A stretch of 64,000 nt of DNA from Candidatus Marinacidobacterales bacterium (GTDB taxonomy: Bacteria > Acidobacteriota > Vicinamibacteria > Marinacidobacterales > SMYC01). The notes under the pieces were generated by a model. The model saw only the letters and a program-made list of their open reading frames with translations. It ran no database searches and was not told the DNA's origin. Each line of letters begins with the position of its first letter. Position 1 is the first letter of the stretch. The DNA is taken from the NCBI GenBank assembly GCA_965237955.1, contig OZ250169.1, positions 5,344,001-5,408,000 of the forward strand. Reading direction: 5' to 3'. This document shows positions 1 to 13,500 of this stretch, in pieces. Made by a program: the position numbers and the translations under genes.

Positions 1-2
1 TC

Positions 3-98
3 TTCCACGCACAGGCCTCGGATTTCGAGGCTCAAGAACATCGCGTCTATCGCACGCCTACGTTCCCGTCGCACATCGCCGTCTCGATTCTCCCGTAA
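3..98 (+). CDS. C-terminal end of a CocE/NonD-family hydrolase (gene starts before the window)
   Basis: Frame reads FHAQASDFEAQEHRVYRTPTFPSHIAVSILP*, resembling the PepX_C tail of CocE/NonD enzymes. Confidence 0.5.
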   Translation, partial: FHAQASDFEAQEHRVYRTPTFPSHIAVSILP

Positions 99-195
99 AC
101 GGAGCTCACATCGAATTCGCTTTGCCCGAGCCGGCAGTCGAACGTGTTACCGCCGCAGGCGAGAACTCTCATGGAGACCCATGAGACCTCGTCGC

Positions 196-312
196 CTAGA
201 GTCCTAGCGTCGAAAATCCTCCCACCAGCTTGTGGCGCATGTTGATGATCTGATCGAACCGCGCCCGGAACTGATCCCCCGACGCGCTCTTCTCCGTCTT
301 CGTCGGTCGCAT
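196..312 (-). pseudogene. IS5-family transposase N-terminal remnant
   Basis: MRPTKTEKSASGDQFRARFDQIINMRHKLV matches the DLFRARLDQIINMKHELV-type IS5 N-terminus; truncated. Confidence 0.65.
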
Positions 313-2035
313 CGCTGCCCTCCTCGATGCGACAGGAGAATTACGGATCGACGATGCAGGGAATCCCCGGCGGGCGAAAAAATTGCAGGGTCCCGAGGCC
401 AAGACCCCGAAACCTTGCAATCTTGATTACTTCAGCAGGCCGAGAAAACCGACCGGATCAACCGGCTGTTCTCTGTTCACGGGGAATAATGGAAAGCGAA
501 ATGCGTGCATTTCTTGACGTACGTTGATGAAACGCAGAAATGGTTCTGCCACAAAAGTGATTGCTCCGGGTGACTATGGTAGTTACAATCTCGCCGTTGG
601 AAACTCAGCAATGGCTCAAGATTTTTGACCCAGGCAGGGAGAATTGCAGACGCGAGCTGCATAATCAGCCGTTTCGCTAATTCGTCTACAACCAATTAGC
701 TTGGGAGGGTGGCATGAACACCTCGAATCGAGTGGGAGTATGTGGAATCTCGTTTGGCTTGGTGGTTTTGCTAACCGCTTGGAGCGCGACGGCGCTCGCT
801 CAGTCAAAACCAGAACCAATATACGCAATCATCGTCGAAGAGGACGTTATGATCCCGATGAGCGACGGGACTCTGCTCGCGACGGACGTCTACCGTCCCG
901 ACGTGGAAGGGAAGTTCCCCGCCCTGGTCGAGCGAACCCCCTACAACAAGTCGAGTTTCGTCGGCAATGCTTATTTCGCCGAACGCGGATACGTGTATGT
1001 GGAACAGGACGTGCGGGGCCGCTTCAAATCGGCGGGGGTATTCTACCCGTTTCTTGACGATGCATGGCTCGAGCGCCGCGATGGCTTTGACACCGTGCAG
1101 TGGATTGCCGAGCAGCCCTGGTCGAACGGCGTTGTTGGCGTGACAGGCGGATCCCATTCAGGCCAGACCGCCTATATGATCGGACCGACGCAGCCGCTCG
1201 CGATGAAAGCAATATTCGCCCGCGAGTCGGCGTCGAATCTTCGCGACCATTGGGTCTTTCGTGGTGGCGCCTTCGAGCACGCCTTCATCACTGCATGGGC
1301 AACACGCATGTTCGGGCCCAATATCGTCGAACGGGCGTACGAAGGCGAGAAAAAGGAAAATGAGCTGTCCAAACTCGCGTCTGCCGTCGAGGACCAGGCT
1401 AACGCCTACTGGCACCTGCCGCTCAGCGAGTACCCGGTTTTCAAGTCAACACCGGGCTGGCAGTTCTACTACGACTGGGTGACCAACGCGAATGACGGTC
1501 CGTACTGGTGGCGGCAAGCAATCGAACTGAAGCATAACCGCTTTGCGGTGCCTGTGTGCCACCTCGGCGGTTGGTTCGACATCTTTCTGGACGGGACCAT
1601 CAAGAATTTCGTCGGCATCCAGAAAAATGGCGCCACGCCTTTGGTCCGCAACAACCAGAAGCTAATTATCGGTCCGTGGTACCACGGCCCGTCCAATGTC
1701 GGAAAGACAGAAGTCGCCGAAATGGTATACCCCGGGGCGGACACGTATCCCGACGGGGAGGAGCTCAATTACGACACCCTTCGGCGGAAGTGGTTCGACG
1801 TTTGGAACAGAGCGCAGGATACCGGCTTCATTGACGAACCACCTGTTTTAATCTACGTGATGGGTGACAATAAGTGGCGCTTCGAGAACGAGTGGCCGCT
1901 CGCCCGCACCCAATACACCAACTATTATTTCGGCGGTGGCCGGTCACGGCCGTCCTCTACGGTATGTCGTCTGCGGTGGACACCGACTGGGTCGTCAAAC
2001 TTAGCGAAGTGTACCCGGATGGCCGCTCGATGCTA

Positions 2036-3218
2036 GTCCCCTGGATCTTTAATTACTGTCCAAATTCGATTTGCCATGTGTATCGAGCGTTCGCTGGGCG
2101 AACCGAGCGATGGTTTCGAGGATTTGGTCGGCGGATTTCGCCCACTTGAACGGCTTTGGGTTCTCGTTGTGAGCATCGAGATAGTCTTGTATCGCAACGC
2201 GGAGCTGAGGCACGCTCGTGTGCGAGCCTCGTCGCAAGGCGTGTTCGGTGAGCAAGCCAAAGAAGCGCTCAGCGAAGTTGAGCCAAGAGGCGTGTGTCGG
2301 TGTGAAGTGAAAGTGGAACCGAGGTCGCTTGGAAAGCCAGCGTTTGATCGCCGGTGTCTTGTGCGTGGCGAGATTGTCGAGCACGACGTGGATGTCCAAC
2401 TCGCTGGGAACGGCTGCTTCGATCTCAGCGAGGAACTTCTTGAACTCTAGCGCTCGATGTCGCGCGTAGCACTTTCCGAAGACTTCACCTGTTGCGGCGT
2501 CGAGTGCGGCAAACAGGTCAGTCGTTCCATGCCGAATGTAGTCGTGGGTTTGTCGCTCGGGCTGGCCCAAGCTCATGGGCAGGACAGGTTGAGCACGCTC
2601 GAGCGCTTGAATCTGCGATTTCTCGTCGACGCACAGGACGACCGCGTTATCCGGTGGGTTCATATACAGGCCAACAACGTCGCGTACTTTTTCGACCAGT
2701 TGTGGGTCTTGCGAGAGACGAAACGATTCCGAGCGGTGCGGTTGAAGCCCGAACGTTCGCCAAATACGTCCAATCGTCGAATGACTCAGCCCAAGATGCT
2801 TGGCCATCGAGCGCGTACTCCAATGGGTTCTCCCCTTTGGAGTCGTCTCCAGCGTCTTGGTCACGACTTCCTCGATCTGGTCATCGCCGATTTTGCGAGC
2901 CGCTCCCGGCCGAGGTTCGTCGTACAACCCTTCCATTCGTTGTTCTACAAAGCGTCTTCGCCACTTGCCCACCGTGCTCCTCATGGTGTGCATCTTCCTA
3001 GCAACTTCCATATTCGTCAGACCCGCCGCGCAATCCAGCACGATCTTCGCTCGGAAGGCTTGGTGCGGCGAACTACGGCTGCGTCGCGCCAGTCGCGTCA
3101 GCGCTTCGCTTTCTTGAGACGACAGCTTCAATTCGGCTTTTCGCCGGCCCTTGTGTTTCATGCATTTAGCAGATCACAGAAGGGCCGGTGTTGTCTAGCT
3201 TTTTATGTTCCATGGGAC
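2036..3218 (-). mobile_element. IS630-family insertion sequence
   Basis: Ends GTCCC...GGGAC flanked by duplicated TA (2034-35, 3219-20) within CTAG; removing it restores the ATG CTA GTA GCC codons of the hydrolase. Confidence 0.93.
2049..3161 (-). CDS. IS630 DDE transposase
   Basis: HTH N-terminus, [44 protein letters not shown]. Confidence 0.95.
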   Translation of the reverse strand: MKHKGRRKAELKLSSQESEALTRLARRSRSSPHQAFRAKIVLDCAAGLTNMEVARKMHTMRSTVGKWRRRFVEQRMEGLYDEPRPGAARKIGDDQIEEVVTKTLETTPKGRTHWSTRSMAKHLGLSHSTIGRIWRTFGLQPHRSESFRLSQDPQLVEKVRDVVGLYMNPPDNAVVLCVDEKSQIQALERAQPVLPMSLGQPERQTHDYIRHGTTDLFAALDAATGEVFGKCYARHRALEFKKFLAEIEAAVPSELDIHVVLDNLATHKTPAIKRWLSKRPRFHFHFTPTHASWLNFAERFFGLLTEHALRRGSHTSVPQLRVAIQDYLDAHNENPKPFKWAKSADQILETIARFAQRTLDTHGKSNLDSN

Positions 3219-3530
3219 TAGTAGCCGACGGTATTCTCAGAGCGCGTTTCCGCGACTCCCAAACGAGTCCGACATTGATCGAACCTGGCAAGATTTACAG
3301 GTACGAGGTCGACCTGTGGGCGACTAGCAACGCGTTCAAGGCAGGGAACCGTATTCGAGTCAGCGTCCACAGCAGCAATTTCCCACGCTGGGACCGTAAT
3401 CTCAACACTGCGGAGAGTCCTGAAACGGGGGCGAAGTCGGTGGTCGCGCTTAACACGATTGTCCGCTATGAATTGCGGCCCTCGCATATCGTGCTGCCAA
3501 TTATTCCGCGCTGAACTGCGGAATGGCGGG

Positions 3531-4783
3531 TGTCCCTTCTATTTATTCGTCGCGCGCGTCGCTATGATCTTTCTCGCACGCCGACGTCAGTATCCCGGCA
3601 TGATTTGGTCGCTTCTCTGTTCGCTCATCTCGGCTTTCAAAACGCGCCGCTCACTGGCTCTTGAAAATCTCGCTCTGCGCCAGCAGCTCGCCGTCCTCCA
3701 ACGTTCGGTGAAACGACCGCGGTTGTCGAATGTGGACCGTGGTTTCTGGGTGCTGTTGCGAAGATTCTGGACCGACTGGGCCAGGGTCCTCATCATCGTG
3801 AAGCCCGAGACCGTTGTCCGGTGGCACCGCTCCGGGTTCAAACGCTACTGGACATGGAAGAGCCGGAGGCGTCGGCCGGGTCGACCCGGCGTCGCTCCCG
3901 AAGTACGCGAGCTGATCCGTGACATGTGTCGAGCCAATCCGCTCTGGGGAGCGCCCCGCGTGCACGGCGAGCTCGCGAAGTTCGGCATCTCCATTTCCCA
4001 GGCCGCCGTATCCAAGTACATGATTCGCCATCGCCGTCCACCGTCTCAGACGTGGCGGAGCTTTCTCGACAATCATGTCAAGGACTTGGTGTCCTTTGAC
4101 TTCTTCACGTTGCCAACCGCCACGTTCCGGGTTCTGTTTGTGTTCATCGTCCTTCGTCACGATCGGCGCCGTATCCTGCATTTCAATGTCACGGAACATC
4201 CCACGGCTGAGTGGAGCGCGCAGCAGATCGTCGACGCCTTTCCGTGGGATAGCGCGCCTCGCTTCATGCTGCGGGACCGGGATGGAATCTACCGAGCGTA
4301 CTTCAAACGTCGCGTTGCGGGACCGGCATCCAACAGGTTCTCACGGCGCCGCGCTCGCCGTGGCAGAGCCCGTACGTCGAACGAGTCATTGGAAGCGTTC
4401 GCCGCGAGTGCCTCGACCACGTGATCGTCCTCAACGATCGGCAAGCGAGACGAATCCTGCGCGAATACGTCGACTACTATCATTCCTGCCGGACTCACTT
4501 GTCGCTCGAGAAAGATGCCCCCGAGCCGCGAACCGTCCATCCCCCTCGATGGGGCGAGTGACGGCCGTTCCGAAAGTCGGAGGTCTCCATCATTATTACC
4601 GTCGCCTCGCTGCGTGACGATCGCCGCACTGACGTGATGTCTTTCTCACGGACGGCGCGGCGTTCTTGCGCGGGCTCCGATTCCGCGATGACCGCGACGC
4701 CGACCGAGCATTCAACGCGCGTGAACTCGCTCCCAGGGTCGAGAGCAGCTTGAGGATTGCGGATCGAGTTTATGGAAGGCACA
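3531..4783 (+). mobile_element. Integrase-core (rve) IS element, IS481/IS3-like; transposase 3600-4617 frameshifted near 4320
   Basis: LALENLALRQQL, NPLWGAPRVHGEL, DFFT, RDRDGIY, PWQSPYVERVIG; imperfect terminal inverted repeats starting TGTCCCTTCTA and ending TGGAAGGCACA. Confidence 0.85.
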
Positions 4784-5051
4784 CCCTCCTCCCCCAACGT
4801 CCCCTCCGACTTGACACGACGACACACGTCTCCGCAATAGTCGTGTGCCTCGACGCGCATCCAGCCTCCTCGCCAATCTACCGCCCGGCAGTCATCGCCC
4901 CTTCCAATGTCTGATTCCTCTTCCAATCCCTACGTTCCCCACCGGCGAGTCCTCAATTTTCTACCTAAGCACTCATAATTTCGACCTAGCACTCATCGTG
5001 CGTTGGTCAAAGTTCCTATCGATGGAAATCCCTAGTAAGAAAAAAGTCAGA

Positions 5052-6554
5052 TCAATCTTGTATCGCTGACTGGATAAATTCTGCGATCTCCTCTTTAAAC
5101 TTGGCATGGGATGGTTTGTGGATATACATCATGTGACCCGCTTCATAATAGCTAATCTTTATGCGTCCCTTGAAATCGGAATTCAAATCCAGATGTGAGA
5201 CAGCATATTCGGCAGCAAAATAGCTCCTAACGTCGTAATAACCGTTAGCAATATAAACCTTAAGAGATTGGTTCTTTCTCATCACCTTGCGAAGGGTCTC
5301 TGCAGTATTCAAGTAGCGAGGTCTATTCCAGGGCCTGACCTTTCCTTGTAATTCATAGTTCATATCATTTTTGTACTTGAGCTCTGTTCTGAAGTAGTGA
5401 TTTATCATTGCAGAAAATGCTCCAGAAATCGCTGAGTGACCTGGGTCAGATTCGAAGTGTTCACCCGCTGAATCAGCATCCTTTCCTTTGAACCGTGCGT
5501 CATTGTGACCTACTATCATGTGTTCATCGCGAAGAAGTTCTTTTTCAAAACGGCGGGTATGGATACGCATATTAGTTTGTTCGATATATTTGGGAGAGAG
5601 TCCGGTGTAGCGGGCTAGTTTTTTAATAATTTCGCTCTTTTTATCTGCAGGGAGCTCGTTTCCTTTGATCAGCGCCAAATTGTAGTCCTCTAACGCAAAT
5701 TTTTCGACCTCATCCAGGACATCACGCAGATTTCTTTCCTGAAGGTCAGATGGGAGCTGTTTATGAAACCATGCTACTGCCGTGTACGTAGGCAGAGCCA
5801 GGATGAAAGCCAGGTCATTCCCGGGCTGAAAACTACGGGCGTACGGGTTTAAACCAGAAGAGACCAGGATTAATCCTTTGAGATACATTGTTTGAGTGTC
5901 TCTCTGGAGAAATTCAGCCAGCCCTACAGCCCGGGGGACGCCGTAGCTTTCTCCTATAATAAACTTGGGCGAGGCCCAGAGTTCATTACGGGCTATATAC
6001 AACTGGATAAATTCTGCGAGATATTCAATATCTTCTATATAGCCATGAAATTCGTTCGGATCTACACCCTTAACAGCCCGGCTGTATCCTGTGGAAACAG
6101 GGTCGACCATAACCACATCCGACACATCCAGGATGGAGTATTCGTTGTCTACAAGGCGGTAAGGTCCAGGAGGGGGAACTCCTTCATCGTCCAGCAAGAC
6201 CTCTCTTGGACCGAGAGCTCCAATATGAAGCATCGTAGAAGAAGAACCAGGCCCTCCATTGTAAGCAAAAGTGATGGGGCGGCGACTTTTATCTTTTACA
6301 CCGTCCTTGGTGTAAGCCGTAAAAAAAACATTTGCTCTTGGCCTTCCTGTTTCTTCCCTAAGAAGCATGTAACCTACTGCCGCCGTGTATTTCAGCGGTT
6401 CTCCCTTTAGCTGGATGGTGTGACTTGTAACAGAGAGAGATGGCTCTGGAACTTTTTGGGTTGGCTTCTTTTTGGAAGATTCTTGAGCTGATAAATTGGG
6501 AAGCTGAAAGATTAGAAAGACTGCCAAAAAAACATAAAGACTTTTTCTCATCAT
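5052..6554 (-). CDS. Serine carboxypeptidase S10-family peptidase, secreted
   Basis: NGGPGSSS, DPVSTGYS, GESYG nucleophile, GYYD, YEAGHMMY; signal peptide; GGAGG RBS; visibly AT-richer than neighbours. Confidence 0.93.
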   Translation of the reverse strand: MMRKSLYVFLAVFLIFQLPNLSAQESSKKKPTQKVPEPSLSVTSHTIQLKGEPLKYTAAVGYMLLREETGRPRANVFFTAYTKDGVKDKSRRPITFAYNGGPGSSSTMLHIGALGPREVLLDDEGVPPPGPYRLVDNEYSILDVSDVVMVDPVSTGYSRAVKGVDPNEFHGYIEDIEYLAEFIQLYIARNELWASPKFIIGESYGVPRAVGLAEFLQRDTQTMYLKGLILVSSGLNPYARSFQPGNDLAFILALPTYTAVAWFHKQLPSDLQERNLRDVLDEVEKFALEDYNLALIKGNELPADKKSEIIKKLARYTGLSPKYIEQTNMRIHTRRFEKELLRDEHMIVGHNDARFKGKDADSAGEHFESDPGHSAISGAFSAMINHYFRTELKYKNDMNYELQGKVRPWNRPRYLNTAETLRKVMRKNQSLKVYIANGYYDVRSYFAAEYAVSHLDLNSDFKGRIKISYYEAGHMMYIHKPSHAKFKEEIAEFIQSAIQD

Positions 6555-6764
6555 TGTATTTCCTCCTTAAGAAATATTAATGATAGAACATTCGTTTTTG
6601 CTGTTGCGAACATTTTCTTCATTTTTAGCTAAGTTTTACCCTGTTCGTATTCTTAAGAAGGATACTCCTGTACTACGGCCACTACGCCCGACGAACCGGC
6701 ATTTTCATGGGCCTGGCCATCGCCCACGTGGTTGCCTTTTACGCCGAATGGCCGACGGTCGCCA

Positions 6765-7696
6765 CCCCGTAGTGTGCCAATACTCAGAGTGAAGGCAAAA
6801 TCCATCATTATTAAACACCTGTTCCGCTTGAATCAGGGGAAAAGGGACCTTCTTGGCTGCCTTTGTCAACGTTGCGGTTCTTGAAGGCGTGGCGGCGGCG
6901 GCGCGATATCTCAGAGACGGGGACCCTCAGCCCGCCATCGCGTTTCTCGAAGCCTTCGATCTTCGGCAGTGAAAACGCGGCCGCTCCGCTTACGCTGCCT
7001 CCCGATAATAATATCGGAGAATCCCGCCAAGACGCTCCCGACACAGAACGCTCCCCTCAGTGCAGGGACTGTCGGGCAGAGATCAACCTGTTGTCGAGAC
7101 CCTGGTTGTTTCCAGATGGTTATGGGCGACGTAAGCGCGAACGGCCTTGCGAAGATGATTCTCTCCGAGCGGAACGATCCTGTTGAGGCACTCGTGTTTT
7201 ATCGAACGAACAAAACGCTCCGCGTGAGCGTTCAAATTCGGACTCCTTGCGGGTAGTTTCACTGTCTCCACCCCAGTCGCGCAGAGCGTGACGCAGAATG
7301 ACGCTGAGAACAGCGGGTCTCGATCGTGGATTAGAAATCGAGCGTCGCGAAGAAATCCATCCATCGCGTCCGTCAAGTTTCGCGCCATTTGCTTCATCCA
7401 ATCATCGTAGGGCGATCTCGACGCGACGGGTCTTGAGGTCGATGACAAAAAGCACAAAACAGCGGATCAATCCACGGGCGGTGAGCACTTCCACGGTGAA
7501 GTAATCCGTCGCAGCTATAGCTCCCCCATGGGCTTTCAGAAAGGTGCTCCAGGGCGTGCGTTTATCCCTCGCGGGTGGTAAGGCTGCATAGGCCGCATTC
7601 TAGCCGTTCGGGGCAGCGGGGCTATTCTTTACTTCGGGAAGACGCCACCCTACGAGGTGCTGCGTCGCGTCGGCCGAGTTTGGGCACACTACGGGG
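6765..7696 (-). mobile_element. Internally deleted integrase-core IS remnant with intact terminal inverted repeats
   Basis: CCCCGTAGTGTGCCAATACTC (6765) vs reverse complement of 7676-7696 CCCCGTAGTGTGCCCAAACTC (19/21); ORF piece [11 protein letters not shown]...HDRDPLF...[15 protein letters not shown]. Confidence 0.8.
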
Positions 7697-7869
7697 GCCG
7701 GGCGTCAGACGGCAGCGAGATGGGCGGGACGCCGAAGGAGATCGCTCACCTTAGTTATCGGTCGGGCGGCTGGTTTAGCTTAGGGGCTAACGTTTCTTGA
7801 GTTACCTGCCGATAAGTATCCCGACAGTGCTCGCGTGAGCCGCCCGGAGAATCAAGGTCAGGAATCATC

Positions 7870-9855
7870 ATGAAACAGATCGTTTTGCTCGTCGAAGATG
7901 AAGTCTCGAACCGAATTGCAGTCGAGCGCGTGTTGCGTACCCAGGAGATAGCCTTCCTCGAGTCGGGGAATGGGCGCGAGGCCTTGGAAATGCTCGAACA
8001 GCATCGTCCCGATCTCATTTTGCTGGATATTGTGATGCCCGTCATGGACGGTTACGGTTTCCTGAAGGAATTCCGCAGCAACGATGCCAACCGTCCGATC
8101 CCGGTCTGTGTGATGACGGCAAGGTCCGATGAACTCAGCCGACGCAAGGCCATCGATCTCGGCGCCGATGATTTCATCGCCAAGCCGGTGGATCCGACGG
8201 AACTGCAGACCCGCGTCAAATCGATGCTGCGGATCGGGAGCTACTGGAAACAGCTCAACCAGTCCAATGCCATGCTGGAGACGCAGATCGACGAGGCCAA
8301 CAAGGCCAATCTGGCCAAGAGCGAGTTCCTGGCCAAAATGAGCCACGAGATCCGAACGCCGCTCAACGGCGTGATTGGCATGGCGGATTTGTTGATCGAC
8401 ACCTCGCTCGACGCGGAGCAACGAGATTACGTCGAGACGCTCAAATTCAGCGGTAGAAGCCTATTGCACCTGATCGACGATATCTTGGATCTGTCCAAGA
8501 TCGAGGCCGAGCGCCTGGACCTCGAGACAATCGAGTTCAATATCCACGAGCTCTTCACGGAAACCTTCAACCCTCTGGCACTGCACGCACAGTCCAAGGG
8601 ACTCGAGTTGCTCTACCACATCGGTGACGGTGTCCCGACCTGGCCGATCGGCGATCCCACCCGGCTGCGGCAGATCCTGACTAACCTGGTCGGCAACGCG
8701 CTCAAGTTCACGGAAACGGGGCACATCGTTGCCAGAGTATCGGTCGAAGCGGAGGACGCTGAGCGTCAGGTCCTGCGATTTTCCGTGGAGGACACCGGAA
8801 TCGGGATTCCGCAGGACAAGCTGCAGGTCATCTTCGAGCCATTCCGCCAGGCAGACGAGGGCACGACACGCCGCTTCGGAGGCACCGGACTGGGGCTGAC
8901 CATCACCTCCAGGCTCGTGGCCAAGATGGACGGCACGGTCCGTGTACAGAGCCGGCCTGGCCACGGGAGCACGTTCTCCTTCGACATTCCGCTGCAAGTC
9001 GGGCGACGTATCGATGCAACTCCGGACCGTTCGCGTTGGACGGGCCGAACGGCACTCATCGTCGATGACTGCGTTCCCGGCGCGCGGATCTTCGAAGAGC
9101 TGCTCGCTCGGCACGGCTTTACCGTGCACACAGCAACCGACGCCGCGGCTGCGATGAGGCGGCTGCGCGAGGCGGACCGGGCGGGGAGCGAGCCCTACTC
9201 GGCGGTCATTGTGGATCACGAGATCGCCGGGGCCGCGGATCTCGTCGACAGCGTGCGGCAAAGCTCTTCGAACGACGAGCCACGGATCATCCTGTCCCGC
9301 AACCGCTTCTCCCGCGACAGTCCGGTTCGTGGCTCCATGATGGATCTTCCCGCGATCTACAAGCCTTTCACACTCGCCGAGCTGCTCCAGAGTGTCGGCG
9401 GTGCCATCGACGCCGACCGAACGGATTCGGCTGACCTGGAACGTTCCCCGGGCGGACCGGAACCACCACCACGACGACGTTCGTCCGTGCTGGTGGCCGA
9501 GGACAATCCGGTCAACCGCAAAGTCGTCTTGCGCTTGCTGGAAAGGCGTGGGCATGACGTCGTGGTGGTCGGCAACGGCAGGGAGGCCGTCGAGGCGGTA
9601 AAACAACGGCGGTTCGACTTGGTTCTGATGGATTGCCAGATGCCGGTGATGGACGGCTTCAAGGCGACATCCAGCATTCGGGCTCTTGAGGGCGAGATCG
9701 GCTACCACGTTCCCATCGTGGCTCTCACTGCCAACGCGATCGAGGGAGACCGCCAGCGTTGCCTCGACGCGGGCATGGACTCTTATCTCGCCAAACCGGT
9801 CTGCGCCCTAGAGTTGTTCGAAGCGGTGGAGACTCGAAGCAGACCCTCGGAGTAA
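7870..9855 (+). CDS. Cytoplasmic hybrid histidine kinase/response regulator (REC-HisKA-HATPase-degenerate REC-REC)
   Basis: [51 protein letters not shown]; no transmembrane segments. Confidence 0.95.
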   Translation: MKQIVLLVEDEVSNRIAVERVLRTQEIAFLESGNGREALEMLEQHRPDLILLDIVMPVMDGYGFLKEFRSNDANRPIPVCVMTARSDELSRRKAIDLGADDFIAKPVDPTELQTRVKSMLRIGSYWKQLNQSNAMLETQIDEANKANLAKSEFLAKMSHEIRTPLNGVIGMADLLIDTSLDAEQRDYVETLKFSGRSLLHLIDDILDLSKIEAERLDLETIEFNIHELFTETFNPLALHAQSKGLELLYHIGDGVPTWPIGDPTRLRQILTNLVGNALKFTETGHIVARVSVEAEDAERQVLRFSVEDTGIGIPQDKLQVIFEPFRQADEGTTRRFGGTGLGLTITSRLVAKMDGTVRVQSRPGHGSTFSFDIPLQVGRRIDATPDRSRWTGRTALIVDDCVPGARIFEELLARHGFTVHTATDAAAAMRRLREADRAGSEPYSAVIVDHEIAGAADLVDSVRQSSSNDEPRIILSRNRFSRDSPVRGSMMDLPAIYKPFTLAELLQSVGGAIDADRTDSADLERSPGGPEPPPRRRSSVLVAEDNPVNRKVVLRLLERRGHDVVVVGNGREAVEAVKQRRFDLVLMDCQMPVMDGFKATSSIRALEGEIGYHVPIVALTANAIEGDRQRCLDAGMDSYLAKPVCALELFEAVETRSRPSE

Positions 9856-10041
9856 GCGTTTCCAAAGACTTCGCGCACTCGGGTCATCCCATAAAGTTTC
9901 TGGCCGGGTCGGTCGAAAGCAATACTTGTAACCACTTCTTCGGGAACGTCAAGGCTTCGACCGGCCGCCGCCTGGAGCCGTAAGTCGCTTCGGCTACCAT
10001 GCTTGCGATGAACTCGTTCGTCTCGCCACATATCTTCCTGT

Positions 10042-10194
10042 TCATGCTGGCCGTTCCCCGCATATGTTGCAGCGGTACCGCCGACGTCGGCCCGACTTGG
10101 TGGTAAACCAGCCGTGCCCAACGACGTTGACGCCCCGCTTCCCAAAGTTGTCGCACCCGGGCTTGAAGCATGCTATGTCGTCGATCGGCCTCAT
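10042..10194 (-). pseudogene. IS1-family transposase N-terminal Zn-ribbon remnant
   Basis: CFKPGC...GHGWFTTKSGRRRRYRCNICG. Confidence 0.6.
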
Positions 10195-10533
10195 CGCACA
10201 AGTGTAGCGGGCTGAAAACTCAGCTGTTTCACCCACGATCTCGCCCGCTTGAGGGCGACAGATCAACAGCGACCGGCGCAAGCACCGAGAGCGCGGTTAC
10301 GTCAGAAAACGTCGACAGACGTGTTGTGAGATGATCTCAAGCCTTTATCAACATCATTTTTGAGATCATAAACAATTTTAAATGTATTCTCCGTTTAATG
10401 ATAGTTGTGTGAACATTAATGTGGAACCGAAATAATTATTTCATCTCTCAGATAAAGATCTCACGTTTACCTTAAGTATCTTACACAGTAGACGTGTAGA
10501 CAGAATTGTTTTCAAATGCTAAGTTGTTTTGCC

Positions 10534-13500
10534 ATGAAAAATCATTTGATTCTGTTCTCTGTTGCCATTTTCCTGGTGGTGGCGTGCTCCGATACGAAGA
10601 CGAATAAGGATAGCGCTGTATCGGTGAATGATGATGCCGGTCCCGAATCGGATGAGCGCCCGGACTATACCTCCAGGGTGCCGAAGTTTACCTTTGCTTC
10701 CACCCTGGAAGAGCAGGAAGAACAACTCAAAACGAATCCACTGATCTTACGGTTCAAAGAGTCGCGGGCGAAATTGGCTGCTGATCCCCATGTGCCTCTC
10801 TATCATTTTGTCAGTCCCGAGAAGGGCCTCAACGATCCGAATGGACTGAGCTATTGGCAAGGTCGCTGGCATATGTTTTATCAGGGCTATCCGCCTGAAG
10901 ACCCGCGTCAGCATTGGGGCCATGCGGTAAGTGATGACCTGATCCACTGGCGGGATCTGCCCTACGCCATCTATCCCAATCCGGAGGACAGATGCTATTC
11001 AGGCTCTACCCTGGTTGAAGAAGACCGGGTGATCGCCATGTATCACGGCACCAAATTGGGCAACATGGTTGCTGTCTCCAGCGACCCCTTGTTACTCAAC
11101 TGGGAGAAGGTGACCGATGGGGCGGTGATTTCCAGAGGATGTCAAGGAATTAGTTGAAACCATCATAAGCGACTCGTGGTCATTTCCAGCTCTACGCCCC
11201 TGACCTTACGCGGCCTCAGGCATCTCGTCCTCTCGTTGGATCGCATCGATGGCCGCAACCACTACGTCGATGGATGCGTGCCCCTTGACTCGTCTGAACT
11301 GTTGTTCGCAGTGCAGCAGCACAGCGGCGAGCCATCGCTGGCGCATTTTGCTGTTACGGTAGCGTTTGATGTTGCGCTCGCAACTACGAACCATGGAGAA
11401 CATACTCTCTATAGGATTCGTCGAGTGCAGGCTCTGGCGCAGTAGAGCGGGGACCTTCAACTTGTGGAGCATCAGCACCTCCTCGAGTGCCTCGAGGAGT
11501 GAGTCTGCCGCCGACTCGTTGATGTCGCGAAGCCAGCGCTCGAACTCCTGCAACATCTTCTTCGCGTCCTTGTAGCTGTTCTGCTCCAAGGCAGTCGCGA
11601 AGAGGTGGTGTACCTGCTTGCGGTAGCGTTTGGGCAGGTGGCGCTGGATGTTGCGGTCTTTGTGCAAAGTACACCGCTGGTGGATGAGCTTCTTGCCGTA
11701 TCGGTCTTTGAGCGCCTTGATGATCCCCCCGCCACCATCGGTTACCCAGAGGATCCGTTTGGAGAGCTTTAACCCCCGTCGCTCCAACTCTTCCAGCAAT
11801 TCCTCGCAGATCTCGTGGTTCTCCGTCGCCCCTTCCCAGAAGCCCAGGGGGAGCTTTTTCCCTTCACGGTCCACGCCGAGCGCGACCACGAACGCCTGAC
11901 CGCCGCGGTGGACCGTGTCTAGGTACATCGCGAAGAGCGGAAACTCTTCGAGACTGCGCTCCTGGAACTGCTTCAGCTGCTTCGCCGTCGCCTCGACCAG
12001 ATGGCGGGACACCGAGCTCGGCGTCACACCGAAAGCCTTGCCTGCCGCCGTCACCGTCTCTTCGTACTTGCGAGCAGACATTCCCCGAAGCACCTCCGAC
12101 AGGAGTTCCTCCGAAAAGCCCCCGCGATTCTTGAGCTGCTCGTAGGTTCTCAGCCCGACCTCACCCTCCGGGCCCCGCAATCGAGGGTGCTCGACAGGGA
12201 GCTTCTGGTCACCGACATAGATCGACCCACGTTGACTCGCCCATTTGCGAAGCCCGGACGACGTAGGATGGTAGTCTGGCCCAGATCTCTCTTCGCGCTC
12301 CATGTACATGAGCGTCTCAGCTACCAGGCGTCCGACATCGAGCATCACGGCGTCCAGCGCTCGCTTGCCCTCCAGCATCACATGCACAACTTGATCCGCC
12401 CACCACTCTTGCTCCTGCGTCGCCCTCAGCATCTGTGTTGCATTCTTTCTCTTCTTCGTATCTGCTCTCACCGGGTGGCTCCTTTCTTTTTGATCGCCAG
12501 CTTTGACACCGACGATCTTGAAGGGAGTCACTCACCGATTTCAACTAGATTCAGGATATCCTCGATTTCCAAGTATCCGGGTGAAGACGGAAAACCCCTT
12601 CCCTACGGGGTATACGATCCCAATATCTGGAAAAAAATGGGGTCTATTACTCTCTTTCGGCTGGTCAGCTGCCAAGAGGGCCCGGGGGTAAGTCTACTCG
12701 CGCCAACTGGCTGTTTCGTTCCAAAGACCTGGCCCATTGGGAATATCTTCATCCTTTTATCGAGAACGATCAGTATTCGCTGGTAGGGGATGATGGCGCC
12801 TGTCCTTATTTCTGGCCCCTTTGGGACAAGCACATATACCTGCAATTCAGCCACATGAGCGGGGGGAAATACCTGATCGGTGACTATGAAAAGCAGCGGG
12901 ACAAGTTTGTGGTCACTGCCGGTGGAGACTTCAATTTCGGGCCTTACAGTCCTTCTGGCGTACATGCACCATCTGCCACGCCTGAACCTGCTGAGCACGG
13001 CGGCGCCGGCCCTTCGGGTGCCGTTGACGGCGCTGTTATCGCGATCTTTAACATGAATCCCGGCAAACCTACGGAGGGCTGGAATCAGATCATGACCCTG
13101 CCGCGGCGCCTGACCTTGCTACCGCAAGGAAGCCTGGACAACCTCGGCATCGAGCTGGTAGGGGATATTGGCTCCTTGCGATACGGTCACAAAAACCTGG
13201 GGCCCATGACCCTGCCGGCCAACCAAGAATTGGTACTCGATGGCATCCGCGGAAAAGCCATGGAGATCATTTTGGAAGTCGACACGAAGGAGTCACCGAT
13301 GGTTGAATTGGACGTCTTCCGATCTCCGAATCGGGAAGAAGTGACCCGCATCCTGTTTTATAGGAACAATGGCTACCGGCACAATGAACTAAAATATGGA
13401 GCGGATGGTCGCGGAAAGCGCAATAGCTTGATCTCGATTGAATCTTCCGCCTCGTCTGTTCTCCCCGATGTTCAGTTGAGAGCCGCAGAGACCGCTAATG

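Larger units (their letters stand above)
714..3514 (+). pseudogene. CocE/NonD-family (S15-like) hydrolase with signal peptide, broken by an internal deletion/frameshift (~1940) and IS630 insertion
   Basis: RTPY, QDVRGRFKS, GGSHSG nucleophile elbow, GGWFD, IGPWYH; continues VTAVLYGMSSAVDTDWVVKLSEVYPDGRSML in another frame and LVADGILRARFR...SSNFPRWDRN after the IS. Confidence 0.9.

Noticed and set aside
10324-10465. CRP/FNR-type operator in the AT-rich GH32 upstream region (TGAGATGATCTCA palindrome)
   Set aside because: Does not match either consensus well and no cognate regulator is present
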